A DNA stretch of 64,000 bases, taken from contig NC_087436.1 of assembly GCF_036321535.1 (NCBI RefSeq), forward strand, positions 92,320,001 through 92,384,000. Reading direction: 5' to 3'. Position 1 is the stretch's first letter. Every line of letters begins with the position of its first letter. Below are positions 40,401 through 50,975 of the stretch, in pieces. The notes beneath the pieces were generated by a model, which worked only from the letters and a program-made list of their open reading frames with translations, searched no databases and was not told the DNA's origin. This DNA is from Camelus dromedarius (Eukaryota). The position numbers were made by a program, and so were the translations under genes.

Positions 40401-42149
40401 CTAGCCTCTCACTTCTGTAAGGTTCAACATATGAATTTATCATTATTTACTCCTATTAACTCTATAAGTAAAATAGGTAAGTGTAATACATTACTATGTA
40501 CTTAACAAATATTGGGCATTTTGTTAAGTACTTTGCATAAGTTCTTCCATGTAATACCAACTATTCTGCATAAAGTGTCTATAAAATTTTACAGACTAGG
40601 AAACTGAAGCCAAGTGAGAGTAAGTCAGTAAAAGTCACATTTTATTCTTGGCTTTACTATTTACCAGATTACTGTCCGTTTGACAGTATCTCAATATGGG
40701 GCTTGAATGTGTTCCAAGATGGCTTCAGAGTTCACTTTGGACCATCTCAGTCCTAACTTAGTGAGGGTGGGTCACTGAGGGATCCCAGAAGCAGTCACCC
40801 AAACCCCTTGAAGTCCATTTCCATTAAATGTGTATCACATGACTTCTTTGTGCAACTGTTGTGCTGGGAAAAGCTGCAAGAGATAGTCACGAGTGTAATT
40901 AAGATATGTTTTTTTCTCTTGGTAAACTTCACTTTTTATATGACTTAAGGATAAAGAAGCCTCATCTGACCTTTGGGGAGGACCTGTGAGAACTGTTAAT
41001 GGATATGTGGCCTCATCCTCTGTTGTGTCCCATGAGGGGATGACACATGAGCTGGCTCGGTTCTCAGTTGTCCTTAGAAGTCAAGATAGGTGGATTAAGA
41101 GCTACTAGTGAATTTTAATGACTTATGTGACCAGGCTTTCTAAATTACTAAACAAATCCTAAAGGTCATAGCCTCCCTCCTTAAAACAAAGGGCCGACCA
41201 TGTATGAGAAGGAGTGACAAGTATGCCATCGAAGTTCTGCCTCCTTTGGGGCAGAGTGGGGGGTTCTCCCTTCGGTTACCTTTGCCACCATTGCACATCA
41301 GTCTCTCAGTGAAGGCATCGCCCAGGTGTGAACACAGAGCTCTTCCTGTGGTCATCATACGATGTTGAAGGGGGCAAGATGTAAAGGAAGTTTTTAAAAG
41401 AGAAAATGAAGCATAAGAACAGAGTGGTCTGGTGCATGCTGAGTGGCTGTCGTGTTGAATGTAGGGGATGTGTTTTCACCTTTAACCCGGAAGTAGTATG
41501 AGATCGAAATTGTTGACAACTCCCCCACAGCACTGGTCCACTAATTCCAACAGAAGGGGCTTGTTTCTCTTCTACACAGAGGGAGTCTGGATTGATATGT
41601 TACCCATATGTCCAGACTTAACCTGCCTGCTTCTACAATGTAAGGTAAGAGTGCATTGAAGATTCCAATTATCATAGTTACAAGCTCCCACATTCCAAAC
41701 TAGTAAGAATGCCGGTCTTTCCCAGATGCCTCCACGGTACACCCCTGAGTCTCTCTGGGGTTTGGTGCATTCACTCAGATATCCCCGAGGATCTCTGGGG
41801 TCACTGTGCCTGCTCACTGCCAGCCTGCTGCCACCTGCTAGAAGTAAACAGGGAATTGGGTGCACACACACAAGGTGGGACCTGCAGCCTCTGGCATTTA
41901 GACATCCCAGAAGTGGGCCTCAGGACCTGTGGGGTCCCTCAGTCCCTGCTGATGAAGGGGCCTGTGTGGCTGGGCCCACTGGTGCCCTGAGGAGACAGGG
42001 CAGCAGTGACCACCAGCTCCTATTGCCTCCCTCCTTGCTTCAGTATCATACCTGCCCAGGGCATCTAGCCACCAGAGCCCCAAGGTCCTGCTCCACAAAG
42101 TCAGCAATATTCTACACCTAGAACCAACCTTTTAATGATCCTTCTCTTT

Positions 42150-43361
42150 TTTTTTTCAATCCTTTAAAGTCACTTTTTAAAATTGAAATATAGTTTATAT
42201 ACAATATTTTTAATAGACTTTATTTCTTTAGAGCAGTTTCAAGTTTACAGCAGAACTGAGCAGAAAATACAGAGTTCGCACATAGCCCTCCCCGCCCACA
42301 CGTACATACTCCCCTACCGTCAACATCCCTCATCAGTGTGACATATTTGGTGCAATCGATGAACCGACATGGGCACGTTATTATCAACCAAAGTCCATAG
42401 TTTACATGAGGGTTCACTCTTAAAGTTTTACATTCTATGGGCTTTGACAAATGCATAATGACATGTAGCCACCACTATAGTATCATACAGAATAATTTCA
42501 TTGCCCTAAAAATCCCTTGTGCTCCATCTTATACAATATTACATAAGTTACAGGTGTAAATATAGTGATTCACAATTGTTAAAGGTTATGATGCCCCATT
42601 TATAGTTATTATAGAATATTGGCTGTGTTCCCTGTGTTGTACAGTATGTCCTTGTGGTTTATTTTATACCTAATGGTTTTTACCTCTTAATCCCCTACCC
42701 CTAAATCACCCTCCCCACTTCCCTCTCCCCATTGATAACCATTAATTTGTTCTCTGTGTCTGAGTCTGTTTCTTTTTTTATTATTTTCACTAATTTGTTG
42801 TATGATTTTTAGGTTTCACACATAAGTGATATCATATGGTATTTGTCTTTCTGTCTGACTTTCTTCACTTAGCATAATACCCTTCAAGTCCATCCATGTT
42901 GTTGCAGGTGGCAAAATTTCCTCCTTTTTTATGGCTGAGTAGGATTCTATTGTATATATTTACCACATCGTCTTTATCCAGTCATCTGTCAGTGGGCACT
43001 TAGGTTGCTTCCATATCTTGGCCATTGTAAATAATGCTGTGAGCACTGGGGTGCATATATCTTTTTGAATTAGCATTTTTGTTTTTCTCAGATATATACC
43101 CAGGAGTGGAATTGCTGGGTCACATGGTAGTTCTATTTTTAGTTTTTTGAGAACCCTCCATGCTGTTTTCCACAGGGGCTGCACCAGTTTACATTCCCAC
43201 CAACAGTGTAGGGGGCTCCCTTTTCTCCACGTCCTCACCAACATTGGTTATTTGTGTTCTTTTTGATGGTAGCCATTCTGACAGGTGTGAGGTGATACTG
43301 TGGTTTGGATTTGCATTTCCCTGATGATGAGCAATGTTGCGCATCTTCTCATGTGCTTGTT
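42150..43361 (-). mobile_element. LINE-1 3' end containing a nested L1MC-type 3' end (42209-42529)
   Basis: ORF2 C-terminal peptide at 42960-43244. The nested piece is flanked by TSD tatacaatatt (42198-42208 and 42530-42540). Confidence 0.88.
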
Positions 43362-43904
43362 GATGGCCCTACTCTTGAGAACAGGTCAGCAGTCTAGATT
43401 TTTCCCCTCGTTTTGGTGAGTTTTCTCTTTAGAGGTCCCTTACTATCAGACCTTGGTGAGGGTCCTACCAAGTCCCTTGGATTTGTTTTAATTACCCTGA
43501 CTCCCATTTAAGGGAAGAAGTGATTCCAATCCATTTGTCCTAGGAGGGTCCTTTCCCCATAGGAATTCTTGAATGCAAATTAGTATGTGAGGAGAAGAGG
43601 TGATTTCCAACTCCACCTGGCAGCATTTGAGACCCCACTACAAGAGGGAAGTGTCAGATAAGGGGTGACACCTAATTCCTCAGCTGAGCACACCCCAGGG
43701 CCAGGCCCTCAAAAGTTCAGTTATGTCAAGTAAGTGCAACTTGAGGACACCAGTCCTGAGCAGAGAGCTGGTTTCCCTGAGGCTCTTTGCCCAGTTGAGG
43801 TGCAATAAACAATACACTACAGTCTTTGTGCTGTCACTAAGGAAAATCTGATGAAAGATTTTAAAGATTTTTTGGTACTGATATGCCTCTATTTGATAAT
43901 CCAT

Positions 43905-44271
43905 GACTTCCTCTGTTCAGGCTGCTGTAACAAAATACCATATGCTGACTGGCTTGTGAATAGCTGAAATTTACTTCTCACAGTTCTGGAGACTGGGAAA
44001 TCCAAGATCAGGGGACTGGCAGATTTGCTGTCTGGTGAGGGCCAGCTTCCTAGTTCACGGGTGGCTGTCTTCTCCCAGTGTCCTCATGTGGTAGAAGGGA
44101 AGAGGAATTCCTCTGGGGCCTCTTTTAAAAGGGGCACTAATCCCACTTCTGAGGGCTCCACTACCAGGACCTAATCACCTCCCCAAAGCTTCTCCACCTA
44201 ATACCATCATATTGAAGGTTAGGATTTCAACATACGGATTTTGGAGGAGCCATGAGCATTCATTCTATAGG
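43905..44271 (-). mobile_element. MaLR solo LTR (MLT1A/MST-like)
   Basis: ggctgctgtaacaaaatacca...ttctcacagttctggagactgggaaatccaagatca...ctaatcacctccccaaag...ggatttcaacat. Confidence 0.9.
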
Positions 44272-44290
44272 AATTCATATGTGAATTTTT

Positions 44291-44894
44291 TTTTAACTAT
44301 TTTTTTTATGGAAGTATAGTTGATTTACAATGTTGTGTTAGTTTCATGTTATAGCAAAGTGACTCAGTTATACATACATATATTCTCTTTTCAGATTCTT
44401 TTCCATTATAGGTTACTATAAGCTATTGAATATAGTTCCCTGAGCTGTACAGTAGGACCTTGTTTATCTATTCTGTATATAGTAGCTTGTATCTGCTAAT
44501 CCCAAACTCCTAATTTATCCCTTCCCCCTACTCTTTCCCCTTTGGTAACCGTAAGTTTGTTTTCTATGTCTATGAGTCTCTTTCTGGTTTGTAAATAAGT
44601 TCATTTGTATTATTTTTTAAGATTCCAAATATAAGTAATATCATATGATATTTTTCTTTATCTGACATGATTCACTTAATATGATCATCTCTAGGTCCAT
44701 CGATGTTGTTGCAAATGGCACTATTTCATTCTTTTTTATGGCTGAGTAATATTCTATTGTATACACACTACAGCTTCTTTACCCCGTCATCTGTCGATGG
44801 ACATTTAGATTGCTTCCATGTCTTGGCCATTGTAAATAGTGCTGCTGTGAACATTGGGGTGCATGTATCTTTTTGAATTAATGTTTTCTCTGGA
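44291..44894 (-). mobile_element. 5'-truncated LINE-1 3' end with TSD
   Basis: Typical L1 3' UTR. TSD tcatat(g/a)tgaattttt at 44275-44290 and 44895-44910. Confidence 0.92.
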
Positions 44895-45033
44895 TCATAT
44901 ATGAATTTTTGACTATATATACTAGGGGGAAATCTTGTGTTGTACCTAAAACACAGTGTAGTGACAAATAATTATTACCATAAGACTGTGGGCAAAGCTG
45001 CTAATGTGTCTAAAACTGCAAAATAGTATGACA

Positions 45034-45198
45034 AGGAGGGAAGGTACAGCTCAGTGGAAAAGTGCATGCTTAACATGCACAAGGTCCTGGGTTCAATCCC
45101 AGCACTGCCATTAAAATAAATAAGTAAATAAATCTTAATTACCTCTCCCTGAAAACAAAATAAACAAACAAACAAAAAATAAATAAAATCTTTTTTAA
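45034..45198 (+). mobile_element. Full-length tRNA-derived SINE (camelid vic-1-like)
   Basis: A-box-like cagctcagtgg, B-box ggttcaatccc and an A-rich tail. 14-bp TSD aaaatagtatgaca at 45020-45033 and 45199-45212. Confidence 0.9.
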
Positions 45199-46748
45199 AA
45201 AATAGTATGACAGTGCTTAATTTGGAGCCATGTGACTCCAGAATGATGAGTATAAAATGTGACTCTTGCTCTGTGCCTCTCTGCTTGGAAAGCTCTCAGT
45301 GGCTCACGGCCAACCAGAGGATACGATTCAGACTTCCTCACAAGCATGAGCAGTCCTTTGAAACCTGGCCTGTGTGGTTTTTCAGCACTGCATCTCACCT
45401 GTCCTCACCTTGCCTTTTGTGTGTTCTTTAGGAATATTGCTTACTTGCCCTGTCCCGGACACACTATACTGTTTTCTCCCACTCTGGTCCCTATGCTCAT
45501 GTTCCCCACCTTTGTAGAAAGCCAAGGTGATTTTCTGATTTCCCAGAGTGACAGAGGCCCACAGGCACTTGGCTGTCCTTAGTGTCTTTATCAGTGGGTG
45601 GAGAAGCATTTGCCTCCCCTGAAAAAATTGGCCACATACCCACTCCTTTGCCCTTCGGTTTTTATTTGGCAAACAGTTATTGAGAACCTGCAGTTTGTTA
45701 TTACTGATGTTAGAAGAGGGGTAACATACCAGCTTTGGCCCGTGGAGCTCCCCTTCTGGTAGGGGGAGATTGACTCAAGAAGGCAGTGCCACAGCCTTCT
45801 GGTAAGTGTTTTGCTGGGGACAGGAAGGTGTAGAGGCCTCTAGGCTCATACAGGAGGTGCACTGACTTTAGCATCAGAGAACACTCCAGAAGAGACCCCA
45901 TGTTGGCAGGTCTTTTAGGAGTTGGCACTGGCTTGGCAGAAAGGAGAATAAAAGTAAGTGTTTGAGATAAAATGCTGTTGGTAACCTTTTCTGGGAAATG
46001 GGCAAGGGGTTGCTTTAATCAAGTCTGATTCTCACTAGAAGGTAAAATAAACCATTTAAAATTGTATCTTTTCTCCTAGAACCTGTATGTATTTTTAAAA
46101 GTGTTATCAGCATTGCAACAAGATGTGACCCAGTTGAAATTGTATCTATTTGCATTGTTTCAGTGATTGTGAGGTGACTTGAAGTGATGTTAAGAAACTT
46201 AAAATTCATTTGTGAACATAAATTCTAATTACTAAGAAAGGTTAAGATGATCATAGTTAGATCATTGTGGTAGTTGCTAATTTAAACCTTAATGTTTCTC
46301 TTTCTGTCTGTATCCAAAAAGAAAAAAAAAAACAGCAAAGCCTTCAATGTGTAAGCTTAAAATTTCAGAATATATTGTAATTACCTCTGTCTTGTTAGTC
46401 TTATCTAAAACTAGATCGTAAACTATTTTAAACTTTTGTGTTACTTTTAGAAATACTCTTATGTAATAGAAGAAAACCAGTTGAACAGTTATGGGGCCAG
46501 ATGAATACAAACTAAAAGTTGATGTTGCTGCTTTTGAAATGAGTTAGTTGCAGATGACTATTAAATGCTGCCGTTTAAATTTAGCAGAACCGTTAGATGT
46601 GGGGATTTTTCCTTTTATTAAACAGAAACAAGACCAATAAGGGGGAAGCATCTAGCTTTTCACAGATTTCAGTTTCTAGAATAGCTAAGAAACGTGGTTT
46701 TGGTCTGCATGATGAAATGAAAGCAAGTAAGAAGACTCTCTCTTTCAG

Positions 46749-46863
46749 GTTATGAGAAGACCGATGATGTTTCAGAGAAGACTTCCTTGGCTGACCAGGA
46801 GGAAGTAAGGACTATATTCATCAACCAGCCCCAGCTGACAAAATTCTGCAATAACCACGTCAG
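46749..46863 (+). CDS. ATP8A1: ATP8A1 coding exon 2 (115 nt, GYEKTDDVSEKTSLADQEEVRTIFINQPQLTKFCNNHVS)
   Basis: Acceptor ctctctctttcag|G and donor CAG|GTAGGA. Phase 1 in and phase 2 out fit exons 1 and 3. Contains the typical P4-ATPase N-terminal RTIFIN...FCNNHVS segment. Confidence 0.97.
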
Positions 46864-47189
46864 GTAGGAACTACCTGAGAGTGCCGTGGGGACCGGCTCT
46901 CGCCACAGAGCTCTGGCAGAGCATCTGCCCTGGCCCGCCAAGGCGAAAGTGCTGGCGAGGAACTTTCAGTTAAACCAATTTAGTATTTAAGAGCTTACTG
47001 GAGGCCGTGTGAATCAGCTGTGTCTCTGCCTCTAGCCAATAAGGAGATGTTAGTAAGGGTCTAGAAGCAGGAAAGAGCAAAAAGATAAGCGGCTACACTC
47101 TGCCACTTCCCCGTATAGTGTCTGAATAATGAGAGCGGTTCATGGGTGAGTGCCTTTGTTTCAAACCTGTTAATAGAACCATGAACTAC

Positions 47190-47335
47190 TTTTGGAGGGG
47201 GGTGGTGGTTAGGTTTATTTATGTATCATTAGTTGGTTTTTTTTTTTTTTTTTATGGAGGTACTGGGGATTGAACCTAGGACCTCACGCTTGCTAATGAG
47301 CACACCCTCTGGCACTGAGCTACACCCTCCTCCCC
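47190..47335 (-). mobile_element. tRNA-derived SINE (same family as 45034)
   Basis: Antisense atggaggtactggggattgaacctaggacctc...cactgagctacaccctcctcccc with a T-rich tail. Confidence 0.88.
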
Positions 47336-48241
47336 TGTGAACTGTTGTTTTTGATGAACAAGTTTTAACCTTTTAAAAAAAGTTTGCAGTTCTTCACTTA
47401 GAACTCCTTTTTGTTAAATAGCCTTTAAATATTGGCTTTGGATATTTGCAAAATTCAGTGTGGTGTCAAGGAAGGGAGGGCTCTGAGAATTACTTCACTG
47501 GTGAATATTTTCATTCCAACAATAATGTAAAAATATTGCTGTTTAGGTACTAGTCACTAAGTGGCCTCTGGAACCAAGAGAACAGCCCCGTGCCCCGTGT
47601 CAGCCCAGTGTTTTTCCAGCGATAAAATTCCTAGATTTGTGAAGTGACCGTTTATAATTAATATTTACACCTTCAAGTTCTGGAGTAACTTTTCTGAGCT
47701 TGGGGAGTGTGGCATGTGTCCCTTTAACCTCCTTTCTCTTTAATTAACAAGAGGAAGATTGGAGGTTTGATTGTGGACGTGGCTGGTGTGTTGAGTGTGG
47801 AGTCCTCGCCACGTTTCTAGAGGAGCCATGAAGAAAAGTTAAGCAGAACCCAGAAAATTCCCCATTCCTCTGCAGTTAGCCAGGGAAGCCAGCTCTAACG
47901 TTTCTGGTCCTGCTCAAATTGCTGATTTATTTTTTGCAGTATATTGTTTTCTATTAACATTATATACTATATTAACTGAAGTTGTTCTTCTTTGTAAGCA
48001 AGCTACTGCTAGTCATGTTACACAGGATGATTGGCCAAAGAGAACAAAAGACATAATGCAGAAAATTAAACTCTTACTATTTAGACAGTTCCTTTCATTC
48101 AGGTAAATAAATGATCATTTGCAATATTCTCCCAATTAGAAACAGAGGGCAATTTTTCATCATCAAAATTTTCATACGGTGATAACGGAATTTTGTCATG
48201 GTGGAGTAATGATGTGTGCTGCTGTTCACTTTGTTTTCTAG

Positions 48242-48341
48242 CACTGCGAAATACAACATAATCACATTCCTTCCGAGATTTCTCTACTCTCAGTTCAGAA
48301 GAGCCGCGAATTCATTTTTTCTCTTTATTGCACTGCTGCAG
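48242..48341 (+). CDS. ATP8A1: ATP8A1 coding exon 3 (100 nt, [34 protein letters not shown]; leads into TM1)
   Basis: Acceptor ttgttttctag|C and donor CAG|GTAAAG. Carries the conserved P4-ATPase T-x-KY...FLP..L..QF.R.AN.FFL motif. Confidence 0.97.
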
Positions 48342-48632
48342 GTAAAGTCATGTCATTGTAAAACCTTAGTTCAAGGTCATGTGTTCAGTTATTAATAAAT
48401 ATTTTTGTCAAGGGCATGATCAATTTTCCAAAGCTTATCTAAACACAGAGAGATAAGCTGGTTTGGGTGAGCATTTCCAACTCCTGCCGCAAAGCCTGCC
48501 ATGATACCGCTACCTCGTCAAGCCCTTTCATTCAATCAGCTTATTTTAAACATTCTGTAAACTCGATGTGGCAAGCACTGTTCATTTTGGGTGGTAAAGG
48601 GGGATGGAACCTTTTTCTTAAAACATCAGCTT

Positions 48633-48667
48633 AACATTGTCAATTCTGAACATTGTCAATTCTGAAC
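48633..48667. repeat. 16-bp perfect tandem duplication aacattgtcaattctg x2
   Basis: Read directly from the sequence. Confidence 0.9.
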
Positions 48668-49315
48668 CTTAGGACATAAGCGTTACCATTTTAAAACCTT
48701 TTTTGTTTTTTATTTGGGTTAGTTGTAATCAGAAAACATGTTTTATTTTATTAAAAGGTGGTATATGTTTATGTAAAAAGATAAGAAAACACAACAAACC
48801 ATAAAGAAAAAGATTTAAACTCTTATTATTCCACCACCCAGAGGCAAGTACTGTCTTAAAATTTGAGTGTATATCCTTCTAGCCTTTTTTTTTCATCCCA
48901 AGCATTGTTAACTGACTTAATTTATAAAAAGAGGATCACAGAGAACATTTGTCTTAGCATCTGCTTTGTTATATAGTAATGTGTGGATATTTTTCCAAGA
49001 GATTCATTGTGTTTCTAAAATATCAGTTTTAATGGTTGTATGAAATTTTAGTATATGGATATGCTGGAATTTGGTTAACCAGTCTCCCCTTGTAGGTGTT
49101 AGTCCTACACACAACTGCTTGCTGTGAAGCTGATTAGCATCCTCTTTTAGCCACTTATTAGATACATGCAAATTGCCTTACCCAGTGTTAGTCTGCCAGG
49201 ATAGTGAAATCAATGAAGTGTATCTTAAGAAGCACTAAGAACTTTGTTGTTTTTAAATGTATTATAAACTTTTTAGTTCTTACTGAATTTTATTTTTATT
49301 TTTTTCTTCAAATAG

Positions 49316-49414
49316 CAAATACCTGATGTATCACCAACAGGTCGCTACACAACACTGGTTCCACTCTTATTTATTTTAGCTGTGGCAGCCGTCAAAGAGA
49401 TAATAGAAGATATT
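49316..49414 (+). CDS. ATP8A1: ATP8A1 coding exon 4 (99 nt, [35 protein letters not shown]1-TM2 loop and TM2)
   Basis: Long pyrimidine tract, acceptor aatag|C and donor ATT|GTAAGT. Phase 0/0, in frame. Confidence 0.97.
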
Positions 49415-49621
49415 GTAAGTATTTATTTTTTTCACAAGTAAATGTGACTCTGTTATTTTTATATATGTACTTTGAAATATTAGTTTCTTTCTAAATTAAA
49501 TACCCATTCAGCTTAAAAGAGTTTTAAAATATGCTCCTACCCCTGGAGTTAATTCTTCTTGATTTCTATAGGAGTAATATTACAGAATGCTTATTACAAC
49601 GTCCTCTTATGTTTGTACCTT

Positions 49622-49676
49622 TGTAGTGAAATAAATTCATTTGAATGTAGTAAATAAATTCATTTGAATGTAGTAA
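49622..49676. repeat. 23-bp tandem duplication aaataaattcatttgaatgtagt x2
   Basis: Read directly from the sequence. Confidence 0.9.
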
Positions 49677-50272
49677 TTGGCTTGGAGAGAAAAATGTATT
49701 TGCACATTTTTTTCAATTACACTCAATTTTCAATTTGAACATTATTTCAAATTAAACAGTACCTCCAAGTTACCTAAATGTAAAGTTTTTTTATATCTAT
49801 TATTTTTCAATGTATATACCATAGTTTTCCCTTTATTAAGTACCTTTGATTCCTGTTCGTCTCATTTTAGTAGTTCTAAATTTCCTTTTATGAAAAGAAC
49901 ATAACAGCAAATTTGCTATTTTTATTATTCCATAGTAGAGAAAAGGGGAAGTCAGTAACTACTTCAGTCAAGGAAGCTAGTATTTTTTTCTATGTCCTTT
50001 AAATAAATATATTGCCTGTCTGAAATGACCTTCTGTCAGGACTCAGGCAAGTCAGATGGTAAGGCAAGGAAAGACTGAGGCATTCTTTAGAAAGCTCTGA
50101 CTTTCGGGTTGTACAAACACCGCTATTATTTTTGTAAAGAATCAAATTGGATCTCATGAAGAACACATGATCAATAGCATCACTGGCCTATTAGAAATGG
50201 GCAAACTGACCATGCAGATCATCTGCCTCAAAGCTATCCAGCTGTCTAGGAGTGCAGACAGAGGGTGGGCAT

Positions 50273-50298
50273 GTGTGTGCGTGTGTGTGTGTGTGTGT
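50273..50298. repeat. Interrupted (TG)n microsatellite
   Basis: Read directly from the sequence. Confidence 0.9.
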
Positions 50299-50509
50299 AA
50301 AACATAGGCCTCTTGTTGGAAGTGGCATACTTGTGGGGACCACTAGCTAAAAATTCAAGGGACTCTCTTCTCACCCGCATCTCTCCACACAGACATGCCA
50401 TCCTTTAAACTGTGCTTGGACTTGGCAGTCCATAAAGTTTGGTCTTTACTACAATTTTGTCTCTTTCTTTGCCTTATGTATTCCCTTTTCTTTCTTCATT
50501 AACCTAATT

Positions 50510-50975
50510 TTCATTGAGCATCTGTTATTTACTAGGAGTTGTGCTATTGTTTCTGCAAATTTTTTTTTATTTAATTCCTTCGATAATTTTGAAAATTGGA
50601 TATTAACCCCATTTTAAAGTTAAGGAAGCTGAGGCTTAGCAAGGTCATGTAACCTGCACAAGAAGTCGATGGAATCAGAATTCCATCCCATCTTCCTGTG
50701 TATTATTGTGGTGAGTCACCAACAATAATGTTGATAACATTTATTGAGCTTCTGGGTTCCATGTACTTGTTTTATGTCCTTTTCATTTGTTAAATCTTAA
50801 AACAACCCTTTAAAGGATTGTTAATATTATCCCCATTTTACAGATGAGGCAGGGGAGGCACAGAGGGGTAAGGTAACTTGCTGGAGGTCACAGAGCTCAG
50901 AACTGAGCTGTGAGAATTCAAACAAGGCAGTTTGGCTCCAAATGCTGCCTTATAATCACTGCTCTAAACTACCTC
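50510..50975 (-). mobile_element. Two adjacent MIR SINEs (about 50510-50685 and 50725-50975)
   Basis: Cores cccattttaaagttaaggaagctgaggcttag and ccccattttacagatgaggcaggggaggcacagaggggtaaggtaacttgc. Further MIR relics lie near 19320-19420, 30235-30350, 37930-38070 and 40490-40640. Confidence 0.82.

Noticed and set aside
45034..45110. tRNA-like sequence with A and B boxes (also 14047 and 47260-47335)
   Set aside because: No proper acceptor stem. The A-rich tail and TSD identify it as a SINE rather than a tRNA gene.
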